Below are positions 25,901-37,482 of a stretch of DNA of 40,253 nucleotides, one piece after another. This stretch comes from a virus. Position 1 is the first letter of the stretch. Each line of letters starts with the position of its first letter. The translations under genes and the position numbers were made by a program. The stretch lies in the IMG/VR virus record IMGVR_UViG_3300007102_000044, positions 1 to 40,253 of that record; one strand, 5' to 3'. Below the pieces are notes generated by a model. That model had not been told where the DNA came from, made no database searches, and saw only the letters and a program-made list of their open reading frames with translations.

Positions 25901-26260
25901 TTATTCATATTCCTGATAAACTCTTTTAGCCACAATAGACCTTTCTTCATAGGGTACAAATTCATAATCTTCACAATACAATCCTATACAATTGTTACGA
26001 ATCCGTTCTTTAGCCATCCAATGATTAAGTTCTTTTGCACAATCATGTCCAGCATTTTCAAACCAATAATGACAAGAGTAACAAGTTTTATCATTCCTAC
26101 GTTCCCAATCTTTGTTTTTTCTACGTGGATTATCAGTGATGTTGTCTTCAATTTCCTTAGACTTTTCAATCTCTTCTTCAGGTTCTATATTTTTAGTGTT
26201 TTTTATAATTAATATAACTAACAACACCGCAATAATCATGATTGAAATAAACTCTGTCAT
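25901..26260 (-). CDS. Membrane-anchored Cys-rich protein
   Basis: N-terminal TM helix, CYSC. Confidence 0.6.
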   Translation of the reverse strand: MTEFISIMIIAVLLVILIIKNTKNIEPEEEIEKSKEIEDNITDNPRRKNKDWERRNDKTCYSCHYWFENAGHDCAKELNHWMAKERIRNNCIGLYCEDYEFVPYEERSIVAKRVYQEYE

Positions 26261-26799
26261 ATTTTACCCTCATTTAATTCTTTATTACAATAATATTCTT
26301 TTTCCAAACCTTTAACTCTTTTAATAGGCTGTCTTACACCCATTTGTATTTCTTTGCCATATTTACCTGAACAGGAACGACTACAACAAGAAGCAAGTTT
26401 TCTACCAGTATTCCTATTTATTATTTGGTTTACAGTTGCTTGAAATTCTTTTCCACAATAGTCACATAATAAAAATATAGGTTTACGTCTTTTACAATCT
26501 AATTTACCATGTTCAGACAATGTTAATACTTGTAAATTTGATATATCATTATTTAATGGATTTTTATCAATATGGTCTACTGTTTCATTTTTATCCAATT
26601 TTTTATTTAAATGAACTTCCATAATTGCTTTTGGGTAAGATATAGTTTTATTTCTTCCTTTATCATGTTTAGACATATAACTTTTGTTTAGTAAAATTGT
26701 TTGTCTTCCATCTTTTCTTGTGTGAACACCATATACTTTATCATATTCAGGATAAAGTAATAATATCTTTTCTTTAACTATTTTTTCTAACATAAACAC
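26257..26799 (-). CDS. HNH homing endonuclease
   Basis: VDHIDKNPLNNDISNLQVLTLSEH plus C-terminal CDYCG..CSRSC. Confidence 0.85.
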   Translation of the reverse strand: MFMLEKIVKEKILLLYPEYDKVYGVHTRKDGRQTILLNKSYMSKHDKGRNKTISYPKAIMEVHLNKKLDKNETVDHIDKNPLNNDISNLQVLTLSEHGKLDCKRRKPIFLLCDYCGKEFQATVNQIINRNTGRKLASCCSRSCSGKYGKEIQMGVRQPIKRVKGLEKEYYCNKELNEGKI

Positions 26800-26807
26800 T
26801 CCTTAAA

Positions 26808-26891
26808 TGCGGGTAGTGGGATTCGAACCCACACGGTGTTTCCACCAAAGAATTTTAAGTTCTTCATGAATACCAGTTCCACCATACCCGC
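26808..26891 (-). tRNA. tRNA-Leu (anticodon UAA), CCA not encoded
   Basis: Acceptor GCGGGTA/TACCCGC, anticodon arm AAGAA-CTTAAAA-TTCTT, long variable arm GGTG-GAAA-CACC, T-loop GTTCGAATC. Confidence 0.93.
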
Positions 26892-26907
26892 TTATTATTT
26901 ATATACT

Positions 26908-27591
26908 TTACAGCATATCAGGAGTTTTGTCAACAGCATATTGATGGCTTTTTCTTTTTAATGATTTAAAATATTTAGAACCCCTTGAAACAGTGTATAT
27001 CACTTGAATATGCGTCTCATTGATATAAAATATTTCCACAATGTTGATATCTTGAATGTCTTCTTCAACATCTTTATAATCAATATTTTCTACTCTTATA
27101 ATTTCTCGGTATATTTCTTCAAGGATATTAAAATTATTATCAATACCCATATACACATTTTTACAGTTTTGAAGATTTTTATATGTTTTCATGATTGTTT
27201 AACCTTTACGTGCATATTTCCAACTATAGCTATCACTCGCACTCCATGATGTTGTCCCATCCGCCCATGCAATGGGATTTCCATTTCCATTAATCCCAGC
27301 AAAATGTCTTTTTCTCCATTTTATACCATCATCACTGACTTCAATTTTATCATCAATTTTCCAATCTTCATATGGTGAAACTTCTACCAGTGTTTTATCA
27401 AATTCTGGGTGTGAGCAATCATTCAGGCATGAACCATCATTACCCCAAGCAAACGGTTCTTCCTCAAAGAACTCTTCGCCCTTTCTTTTAATGATTCCTA
27501 TAAATGGGTATGTTTTAGTACCATTATTACAAAGAAGTTTTACTTCATCACCAGCCCTTGTTCTATACTTTTTATCCATTGAAACATTCAT
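26908..27591 (-). other. Two hypothetical ORFs (26908-27192, 27199-27591)
   Basis: The second has phage-typical KYRTR.G and WRKRHFAG..TSWS modules. Confidence 0.6.
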
Positions 27592-27602
27592 AATTATACC
27601 TC

Positions 27603-28163
27603 CTACTTTACCTTTACAAAATTATTTTTAATTTGTGTCTCATATTGTTCTTCACACATAGTTTTATCTTCTCTGACTAAACGTGTTTCAAAACTTTCAA
27701 ACTTCCCTTGATTATATCTAAGAAGATATGGAAATAGCTCATTTGATGTAAACAGTTCTTCAAGTGTATACTGTTTATTAGCAGTAGTTGAAGCAATCAA
27801 TTCAAATTTCTCATCAATATTTCTAATGTGTTGAAATTTGAGTTGATTATTTTCATTCAGATTTCGAGTAAATCCAAATTCATCAAAAACAAAAATTGTA
27901 TTTGGTATTGAATTATTAATAATGCGTTCAACATCTTCAAAAAACATGGAATAACTATAGCAAACCATACCAATAGTATCCCTTCTTGGAACACCAATTT
28001 TATATATTTCATCCATAATATCTTTAGCATTATAACGATTACAGCTAACAATTATAATATTAATACAACCTGTTCTAAAATCATGTTTATGTACAAATTT
28101 GTTAACCATTCTTATCAGTCGTTCTGTTTTTCCTGATTGTCTTGCACTAATTTCAAAATACAT
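27603..28163 (-). CDS. Small P-loop ATPase (terminase-ATPase-like Walker motifs)
   Basis: SARQSGKT, IFVFDEF, IASTT. Confidence 0.7.
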   Translation of the reverse strand: MYFEISARQSGKTERLIRMVNKFVHKHDFRTGCINIIIVSCNRYNAKDIMDEIYKIGVPRRDTIGMVCYSYSMFFEDVERIINNSIPNTIFVFDEFGFTRNLNENNQLKFQHIRNIDEKFELIASTTANKQYTLEELFTSNELFPYLLRYNQGKFESFETRLVREDKTMCEEQYETQIKNNFVKVK

Positions 28164-28175
28164 ATTATACCTCTC

Positions 28176-29943
28176 TTAATTTATTTTAATATATACGTCT
28201 GTTTCTTCAATGAAGTAACTTGTTATAGAGTTATTAAATCCATTTACCCGTGAGACCATATATTTTGAGTTGTAAGGAACGTTTTGACCTTCAGCAATAG
28301 AATGTATCAAAACTTTTCTATATCCCTTTGTAGATGGATTAGGATGTTCTACATAGACAATATATCTATAAGCATCACTAAATATTAAATCTATTATATC
28401 AGCTTCTATTGGGATTTCTACAAACCCAATGTTTTCACTATAATCAATATAAACTTTTCTAACCTTTCCTTCACTGTAAATCGGTTTCATCAGTATATAA
28501 CCTCACTTTTAATATTAATTGTTTTTAGGGTTGCAATTTTACCCCCGTGTTCTTTGTCACAATGTCTTTCAGCTTTTGAAATAGCATCTTCGAAGCTATC
28601 AGCAACAACATCTACATAAACACGTTTAACCTTTGAGAAATTATATCTAACTTCCACTACACATTCAAATACATTACCTTTCTTCATTTGTCAAGTCCTT
28701 TAATAATCTATTGCGAATCTTTTAAGCTGTTTACGGTACATATCCATCATTACACATTCAAATGTAGGTTTATTTAATATTTTAAAATTTCTGAATGAAT
28801 CACAATACTTACCACATAGTTCAAATGAAACAATAGTTGTACCAAGATATACAACAGATACTTCATATTCAGAGTTTTTATTAAATTGTGTATCTTGTTT
28901 AATACAATCAACAATGTATACAAAATCATCATCAATGAAATCTTCATATGATATATAATCTCTGAACATTATTGGGTGTTCTTCAATGAGTAGTTCAACA
29001 AACTTAATTGCACTATCAATATTTGACCAGTTTTTCTCAACAAATCTAATATCAGTATCAAAATCTTGAATTCCCATATTAACCTCTCTTTATCATAAGT
29101 GGTATAACATCTATATTTTCAACATATTCAAAATAGCCTGTGAATGCGGAGGTAGAATAACTGTATTTTTCACTTCCATCACTGTTCCAAAGTTCAACAG
29201 ACCAATTATCATTCTTTCTGTGTTCTACATAATCTTCGATGGTTTGCTGATTTTCTTTAGCTATTTTTGGGTCATTATAGAGTCCTATAAATTCTGTATT
29301 ACCTGAACTTTTACCGAAACTGTCACCAGTTTCATAACTTACATAAAGAAGAAAATATACATCTTGTTCATCGGTATCAAAGTTGAAAGGAATTGTACCA
29401 TATACATCTTTTCCAACAACTTTAAATGTGTGGCTGTTAAATATCAAGCTGTGGCTTTCTGACCAGCTTCCAAATCTTTCAGAAGAACGTTCAGAATCCG
29501 TGCATACTGAGTAACAGTCTAATTTAGCATATTTCATAATATTAAACCCATTTAAGTTTGTATACTGTACCACTCTTTGTATAGAGTCTACTGTCTGTAT
29601 AGTTTGTTACAGGGGAAGTTCTGACTTCAGTCCCATCAGTAAATCTACCCTTTTTATCATTGTAAATTTTACCGAATGCTGGATAACCTGTTGCAAGATT
29701 CCTTTCGAATGATTTAGACACTTCCAGAACAGCATCAAATTCAATTTCATCATCACACATCACATCAACTTCAACAGGTTTAATAATCCAGACCTCTTTA
29801 TCAAGTTTGAGTGTTGTGATGATACCTTTAGCGGTTGCTTCCTTTTCATAGATTTTTTGTTCTTTACGACCTCTGTTACCGTTTGTTTTAAGAACCTCTG
29901 AACCGTCTTTTTTGATAATTACATATCCAATTACTTTTTTCAT
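28176..29943 (-). other. Five hypothetical early ORFs (28176-28490, 28490-28687, 28700-29077, 29079-29538, 29542-29943)
   Basis: Contiguous, same-strand ORFs. Confidence 0.6.
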
Positions 29944-30003
29944 AATATTACCTCTTTGTTTAGTTTATGTTTATTTATATCACACTGATTTACACTTGTC
30001 AAC
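29941..30003 (-). promoter_or_regulatory. Early promoter/RBS cassette
   Basis: TTGACA-AGTGTAAATCAGTGTGA-TATAAA; near copy of 5127-5195. Confidence 0.8.
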
Positions 30004-30007
30004 AGTT

Positions 30008-30824
30008 TTATTCGTAATTATATATTACAATAACAGTTTCAGTATCGATAATTTTAAAATCAATCACATCTATTATAAGACATTTAGTCCATGATTGCCA
30101 TTCAAAATATTCATATATCTGTTGAATGATATCTTTGTCGATTTCAACGTTTATTGTTTCTGTTTGGACTGATTTCCCTTGATATTTCATTACCATTTAT
30201 ATTTCCTCACTTTCAATATAATCTTTATAAACTATAGCAAACCCATTTTTAAACATGTCTTTCAGTGCCTCATTATCATTTTTATCAGAGTATTTTCCAA
30301 TAATTCTTCCAGACCATTTACCACTCTCATATAATTCATAATCATATGGAGCTTCGATGATAGATTTATTAATACCATATTTATCATGATTGCAGACAAT
30401 TGTCTTATTATGAAGTGGGTTCTCAATTTCTAAAATCTGTCTAACAATTGCAACCCTTTCATCATCGTTACATGTTTTCCATTGTTCTTTAAGATTTTCA
30501 ACTTTAGTCATAATATAACCTCTCTTAATCTATATTGTTTTTACAAAGTTCCATATAGTATAACTCAGATGGACTGTAAGATTCAATATCAATTATCCAT
30601 GAGTTATAACCAGTTTTGTATGCTATAACGCTTTCAAAATATTTGTTTTCCAGTAGAAACGCACAAACATCATTGGACATTACTTCTGTTTCTTCATAGT
30701 CAGCAACCCTTTCATCATCTTCTGAAGGGATAAACACTTCAATAGTTTTTGCAGACTTTTTTCTGATAAAACCAAACTTTTCTTCAAGTTCTTTCATGAT
30801 TTTCTTTGTAAATGATTTAGCCAT
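30008..30824 (-). other. Three hypothetical early ORFs (30008-30196, 30197-30511, 30525-30824)
   Basis: ORF track and RBS motifs. Confidence 0.6.
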
Positions 30825-30882
30825 GTTATAACCTCTCTTTGTTTTGATAAATAATATTACCAGAAGATTTCAAACATGTCAA
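30822..30882 (-). promoter_or_regulatory. Early promoter
   Basis: TTGACA-17-TAATAT. Confidence 0.7.
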
Positions 30883-30925
30883 TAACAAATTCAAAAATAT
30901 TTCAAAAAAGTTTACAAATCCATCT

Positions 30926-32980
30926 TTAACCCTTTTCATCTAGTATCCTTACTATATCATTTTGAATCTGCACGAATCTTTTAAACTCTGAAAAACAATA
31001 ATTATACAGCCCTTCAATTGTTTCTCTATCTTCACATGTGTTGTATGAATCATCATACAGAATTATATCATTGAAATTGATTGTGAATGTCCAATCCCAA
31101 TATCTATAATTGAAATTGATTGCTGATAAATCTTCATCACTATAATCAACATGTTCAAAAAATGAATTCAACTTTTCAACAACTTTCAGAATATCTTCTA
31201 CTTTCATTTTTGAGCCTCTTTTTGACCTTCCAGAATTTGATTAAAAGGTGTGATACATGGATAATCTATTATCATAAACCCCTTTTCATTTGAACAAACA
31301 ATGTCAACTATATAAAAATTTGATTCACCGCTTTTGCAACGATATACATCAACACCCATACCATTTTGAGTACACTGTTTAATTTTACTGACAGTTGTTT
31401 GAGCATCTAAACCATAATCACAACTAATTATTGTTATTGCTATTAAAATTATCATTATTACTTTTTTCATCATACACCTCTTTTTTATATTTTCTTCTTT
31501 TATAATTTTTCTTACTTCTATCATCTCGTATATCCATGAGATAATCATCTAATGCCCATGATGGGATAGTACCTTTTCTATTCTTTTTACCATACAATTT
31601 ACGCATCTTTTTTATCCAATCTTTATACTGTTTGCATGCATTCATCATTTACTCTCAATCATTAGAATCCCATTCATACTGTTATAAAAATCTGAACTTG
31701 AATCAATTGCTTCTGGTATTGCATAATCAAGAAAAATCTTACCAATATCTTTGTCAAATTTAAAAGTGTGTGATACATAATCTCCATCCAAATCATCACC
31801 ACTCACATCTATATTAACCGTGCTTAATGTTTTAAGTTTTGTAACAGCTTTTTCAGCCCAACTGGAAATCTCTTCAGGATGTTTAAAGTTACGACACCAT
31901 ATTTGCATATGACTTCCAAAACCATCATTTCCAACAGCAACAATATTAATTTTAACAGTGGACATAGCATTTATTCTATCATAACATTCTGATAAAGTTT
32001 TTTGCATAATAATTTTACCATTTTTAACAATTGAATCGGATGACTTACCATTTTTGGTCTTTTTATTCCATATCATAATTATACCTCTTATAGTTTTAAT
32101 TGTTTCTTATACTCATTCCAAAGATTTTCTTGTTGGTTTCTAAGGATATCACGTTCAAAACAAGATGATGTGTTATGCAACCATTTTGTAAATATTTTTC
32201 TGAAATCTTTATACGCAGGATGGTCAAATCTATATTCATACTCTACATCATCTGAAAAATATGAGCATTCTTCTGCACATTTAACGTTTGAAATCTTTAT
32301 TTGCATTATTTTACAATAGTTATATTCATTATCCATGTTACATACATGTTTAGAATGTGTACAAGATTCACATGTTTTACTCATTATTATATCTCCTATG
32401 TTTAGGAATTTTTATATCAATAACCTTACCACAATTCAAGCATTTTATTTTACCATGTTTCCAGTTTACCTTATATTCATCTGAATTACAAGTATAACAT
32501 GAAAAAACAAATTTACTCATTTTCTTTTAACCATTTACAGCCCATTCTTATCATCTTTTTAATCTGGGTTCTTGCGTGTTTTTCAGCAGTTTCACGTTTT
32601 CTAAACTTTTTATCAATGTCTATAAGCCAACAAAACGGTTGACTAAGTGTATCACAATGGAACATGAGATACCCATCACCATACATATCTTCAAGTAAAA
32701 GACTTATTTCAATCTCATCATTGATTTCAATTGTTATATAACAATCATCAAATGTCATATCAGATACTTTCATTCTTTAAACCTCCGATTATTCCATTGT
32801 TATCTCTTCTATAGTCTTATTCACCATTTTTCTAATATCTTCAGGGTATGAGGAACATAAAATACTAATACCCCTCCTATCTAACATAGTTAAAAATGTT
32901 TGCACTTCAAACAAAGTTTTTAACATTTGTCTATGTTCTGAATCTTTAAGTAATAATGATTCATGCTCAATATAACTCAT
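30926..32980 (-). other. Cluster of small ORFs, including a predicted lipoprotein (31204-~31473, IISC lipobox-like) and an unlisted Zn-ribbon ORF starting at 32520
   Basis: ORF track plus manual translation MSKFVFSCYTC...CLNCGK. Confidence 0.55.
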
Positions 32981-33229
32981 TATTCTCCCACCTTTACCTT
33001 TCTATATTTGTTATTCCATTCCTCATGACAATTCTGAACAAAACCTCTTTGATTATATGCAACAGTAATACCACCAGCTTTACCCATATTATTTTCATAT
33101 ACATAATAATAATATACACCTTCCAAACACACCTTGTATACATTTTTAGATTTTATAATAGGTGGGTTACTGGCAAAATGTATTAATAGCCATAAGAATT
33201 GTTAGTATAATTATAAATACTTTTCTCAT
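32980..33229 (-). pseudogene. Secreted protein gene with a 1-nt frameshift in a T4 run (33175-33178)
   Basis: Removing one T gives MRKVFIIILTILMAINTFASNPP...VCLEGVYYYY...GGITVAYN...VGE*, whose stop overlaps the next ATG (TAATG). Confidence 0.7.
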
Positions 33230-33231
33230 AA

Positions 33232-34072
33232 TTAATCAACTCCTGTTATTGAAGACAGTTTATGATAACAATAATGAATTGGATATTCCTCCGAACAAAA
33301 TTCATCTTCAACATCTAAGTCATCTGGGTCTGTATCACCCAGATAAATATCCAGTATTTCAATCACTTCTTGTATAATTTTTCTTTCTTCTTCTCTCATT
33401 CTTTAAACCTCCTTCATATCATTTATAAGATGTTGTGCTTTAACCCTTACAACATTTTTACCATCAAAGAAAAACAAGCCACGCTTTTTAATATCATCAA
33501 CAAGACCATCCAATGCATCTTTAACAGTTTCACCATATGCAATATTTCTAAAATTGGTACTGATAAACCCATTTTGAATCATTTCAACCCTGTATAAGTT
33601 TGAACCACGTTTACATTTGTTTATAGTATATTTGTTTGTTTGTATGACTTTTGAAAGCCCATATTCTTTTAATTTGAATTTCATACATCCTCCTGAATTA
33701 GCTTCATTATTTAACACCACCTTCAACACGTGATACTCTTTCAAATTTTTGTTTATCTTTTATGGGTTTCAGTTTTCGTTTTTCCCTGTTGTATAATCTG
33801 AAATAAATTTTATTTAATTTTTGAATTGTCCTTCTAATTGTATCAGATTTATTATAATCCATGTTCAAATGAAACCCGTTATGGTTAGAAAAATGACCAA
33901 TATATATGTCACCAGCCATAATTTCACCAGAATCCAATACATCACCTCTACCTGTAAATAACCCACCACTGTTATAAATATAGTATTTGGTATACTTTTT
34001 AAGCATTCTATTAGCTATTTTATACCATGATAAGCTTAACCATTTTTCTTTAGCTTTTTTATAATTTGACAT
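33232..34072 (-). other. Three hypothetical ORFs (unlisted ORF starting 33399, 33403-33744, 33707-34072)
   Basis: Manual translation MREERKIIQEVIEILD... and ORF track. Confidence 0.55.
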
Positions 34073-34129
34073 AATATTACCTCTTTGTTTAGTTTATAAG
34101 AATATACACTGTTTAAAAACGATTGTCAA
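34070..34129 (-). promoter_or_regulatory. Early promoter/RBS cassette
   Basis: TTGACA-17-TATATT plus AAACTAAACAAAGAGGTAATATTATG. Confidence 0.8.
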
Positions 34130-34800
34130 CCTTTTATTCTGATTTGTTCAGGTAAACATCCCTTTTTATTTGCTATAATTTTCATAACCTCTTTTAGTGT
34201 TATTTCAACTATTTTAGGTTCATCATCTAATATGATATAATCTTTTGCTAAAACATCTTTTATGATAATAATTTCATCATTTTTATTAATAAAGAATCGA
34301 CCATCTTGATAAAATAAGGAATAATCTGGGTATCCACTCAGAACTGGTGTTACTCTTTTACCATTATACATTGCTATTTTAGCAAGATTTTTATTTACAA
34401 CTGGTAGAATACCTCTAACCATGTCTGTACAATCCCCAGATTGCATTGTATAAACAGTTTTATTTATGGGTAAATAGAGCGTATCACCCTCTGCAAAATG
34501 TTTCTTAAACAGTCTATCAAGCTTAAGAGTGTCATCCACATTTCCTATCACTTCTAAATCTTCAATATCAACATTATGACTCATTCCATCTGTAAAATAT
34601 GCAACATGGAATGTATTACTAACATTACAACCAAATCTACACTTTACAATCTTTGATATCTGTTTTATACCCAGAAATTGACATGAAATCCAATTTCCTA
34701 CTTGGATAAATGTGTTAAATTTGTTAACACAAAATTCAACTTCTGCTTCAATACATTCAGACCAGTTTCTACCTCTTGAACCATTGTTACTACATGCCAT
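34126..34800 (-). CDS. Hypothetical protein
   Basis: 224-aa ORF with RBS. Confidence 0.6.
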   Translation of the reverse strand: MACSNNGSRGRNWSECIEAEVEFCVNKFNTFIQVGNWISCQFLGIKQISKIVKCRFGCNVSNTFHVAYFTDGMSHNVDIEDLEVIGNVDDTLKLDRLFKKHFAEGDTLYLPINKTVYTMQSGDCTDMVRGILPVVNKNLAKIAMYNGKRVTPVLSGYPDYSLFYQDGRFFINKNDEIIIIKDVLAKDYIILDDEPKIVEITLKEVMKIIANKKGCLPEQIRIKG

Positions 34801-34816
34801 GATTATTACCTCTCTT

Positions 34817-35545
34817 TTAATTTACATATATAAAATAGTTTACAATAGCTTGTTCAAACTTTTTGTAATATTCTATACTACTTTTTGTTGGTTTACCATT
34901 TTTAATTGTTATACCAAAGTATTTACGACTTGCACATTCTTCAACACTGTGAAAGCCAAGCCCTCTAAGTCTATTTTCACTTTTATATTCATCACATATG
35001 TCTTTATAGTGTTGATAAACATATCTACCAGCATCAATACCATTGTAAACGTTATAAATATCTCTCTTCTGTTTGATTATCCCTTCTTCAACAAGTTTAT
35101 CATACCATACTGATAGATTTACTTGCATAGAACCCGAAGCCTGACCTGAATCAGCATCAATTCTGAAATCAGATTCAGCATCAGCAATGAAAACAAGTGT
35201 TAATGGATTCATATTGTTATCTTTACCAATCTTAATGAAAGCAGTAGCCATATCATTAGCAATTGATTCAGGTATCCGTCTGTTTATTTCCATTATATAG
35301 GATTTGATATTTTGATGTTGTTTTTCATCAATAGCTGATAGTTTATCCATAAGATTATCAATGGATTTTTCTTTATCAACTATATCAAGTTTTAGTGATT
35401 TGACTTGATTGTCATACCGTTCTGTGATATTTTTGCTTGTATTGCTGGTAATAACTGTATATATTATCATTATTATAACAAAAATACCACAGATAGTATA
35501 AACTTCAATAATACGATTTAGTTTGTCTTTTATTTCTTGTTTCAT
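34817..35545 (-). CDS. Membrane-anchored lytic transglycosylase (SLT domain)
   Basis: TM helix, coiled coil, AESDF catalytic Glu motif, GSMQV, NGIDAG. Confidence 0.8.
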   Translation of the reverse strand: MKQEIKDKLNRIIEVYTICGIFVIIMIIYTVITSNTSKNITERYDNQVKSLKLDIVDKEKSIDNLMDKLSAIDEKQHQNIKSYIMEINRRIPESIANDMATAFIKIGKDNNMNPLTLVFIADAESDFRIDADSGQASGSMQVNLSVWYDKLVEEGIIKQKRDIYNVYNGIDAGRYVYQHYKDICDEYKSENRLRGLGFHSVEECASRKYFGITIKNGKPTKSSIEYYKKFEQAIVNYFIYVN

Positions 35546-35565
35546 AATATAACCTCTTATAATTT

Positions 35566-36792
35566 TTAGTTACCGAAATAATGATTTCGTATAGCTCTTC
35601 TTGAAGTTAGCACATAGTTTAGCCATGTGTCAACAATTAATTTCAGATTATCTACATATTTTAAATCGGCATAACGTTTAAATATTACCAATTCCAGATT
35701 ATTCATACAGATATAACCTACATGAATCTCTTTGAATATCACATTAATACCTTTAAACATATTGTCTGCATATTCAACATCAAATTGAACATTCTTTACA
35801 GATAATCTTTTAAGCTTATGAACTATATATTCCCATTCTTTCAGGTCTATATATTGTTTACGCAGTTTCTTGAACTTCTTCCCTTTCTTGAATATCATTT
35901 TGCTTATCCAGTATATTAATTATTTGTACTATTCTATCTCTTTGCGCTCTTGTGAGAGTTGATTCTTTGTTTAGAATCTTTTCATATTCTGCTCTGATTT
36001 GTTCAGGACTCCACCCAGCCATTTCACGGAACTTGGGTGGAATCATGTTTTTAATGTACTCATCAGGTGTCATTCTATGTCTATAGTTAGTATCCATAAC
36101 TATTTATCCTTTGTAAGTTTTCTAATTGGGGTGCGAACATATTCTTGTTTACAAAAATCTGTTAAACATTCATTAACTCTATATTTTTGTTTATCATCAT
36201 CAATATTGATAAAAGATGATATTGATTCAATCCCTTCAAATTCAATAGCTTCACCCATAAAACTATATACAGTCTTAACTTCCACTGCACGTTCTTTTGC
36301 AAATTGAATACTCTTCTTTTTAGAGAAATCATCATCAGGTGCGCATCTTGACCATCCAATATATGGAATATTATCTTTTTCAAAGAGAACCATTGTGATA
36401 CCTCTTTCTTTAATATAAGTATGATTCATTCCACATTCAGAACATTCTTTATCATATTCATAGTTATATCTTTTAATAGCAAGAAGATTATAATTATCTT
36501 CAACTTTATCTTCAACTATACATTCAGGTATAACACCCTTTCCTCTTTCCCAAATGAGTTTAAGAGACCTTTCAACTTTTCCATTTACAAACGAGTATTC
36601 AGGGAGAAAAACTTTCATAATAGTATGATTATATTGTTTATCAATTAGATTATCATTAAAATATCTACCCTCACAGATATATTGACCTCCCGCATCTGTT
36701 ATAAGGTCTCCATCTTCATCAATTCTAAGAAGCCCATTAATACCACCAACTTCAATAAGTACACCGTGTTTAAGTATATCTTCACATTTCAT
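35566..36792 (-). other. Three hypothetical ORFs (35566-35898, 35858-36097, 36100-36792)
   Basis: Contiguous ORFs. Confidence 0.6.
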
Positions 36793-36804
36793 AATACATC
36801 CTCC

Positions 36805-37482
36805 TTATATTAATTCTTTTATCCAAGTTTTATTAACTTCATCTTCAGTTTGACATGCAACACTATTAATCTCAAAATGTGCATATTCAGATTTTCTAAG
36901 CTTAAGAAAGTTTCTATAGCTTCTGAGATTGATTGTCCATGTCATATTAATTCTAAAATTTTCTACTATGAAATATTTCAGAATATCATTTTGACTGATT
37001 CCATTAGACATCAATTCTCTCATTGTGTCAATAGATTTTTTATCAATGTCATAAAGATTGTTATAGTACATCGTAATCTGTTCTGTTGACAATCCTTTAT
37101 TGACAAGTATATCATTTTCTGGAAATAGGAAATATTTCTCTATTGCATTACGACATGCATTCTCATCATCATCACCAGATTTAATAATCTCATCAAAATG
37201 TTTTAAAATCTTTTTGAGACTGAATCTAGTTGATTCTACTGTTGGTGATGCAATTCGATGTCTTGCCATTTCCTGAAGAAAACATCTACTAGCACCAAGT
37301 ATATCAAATGTCATATATACATGTTCTAATACTGAACCATGTTTTTCTTCATAATTTTCATCGCAACAAATCTTTTTAACAAGTTCTATAGATGGATTTT
37401 CATTTTTATATGGTTTCCCAATTGCTGATAATACCCCATCAACTGAACTATGTGAAATCAGTTTAACCTTTATATTGTGCAT
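36805..37482 (-). CDS. thyX: FAD-dependent thymidylate synthase
   Basis: HGSVLEH, RHRIASPTVES (RHRx7S), NLRS..NFLKLR...AHFEI. Confidence 0.93.
   Translation of the reverse strand: MHNIKVKLISHSSVDGVLSAIGKPYKNENPSIELVKKICCDENYEEKHGSVLEHVYMTFDILGASRCFLQEMARHRIASPTVESTRFSLKKILKHFDEIIKSGDDDENACRNAIEKYFLFPENDILVNKGLSTEQITMYYNNLYDIDKKSIDTMRELMSNGISQNDILKYFIVENFRINMTWTINLRSYRNFLKLRKSEYAHFEINSVACQTEDEVNKTWIKELI

Noticed and set aside
26808-26891. tRNA as an ochre suppressor explaining the gp32 TAA
   Set aside because: The loop CUUAAAA gives anticodon UAA, which reads UUA (Leu); an ochre suppressor needs anticodon UUA.
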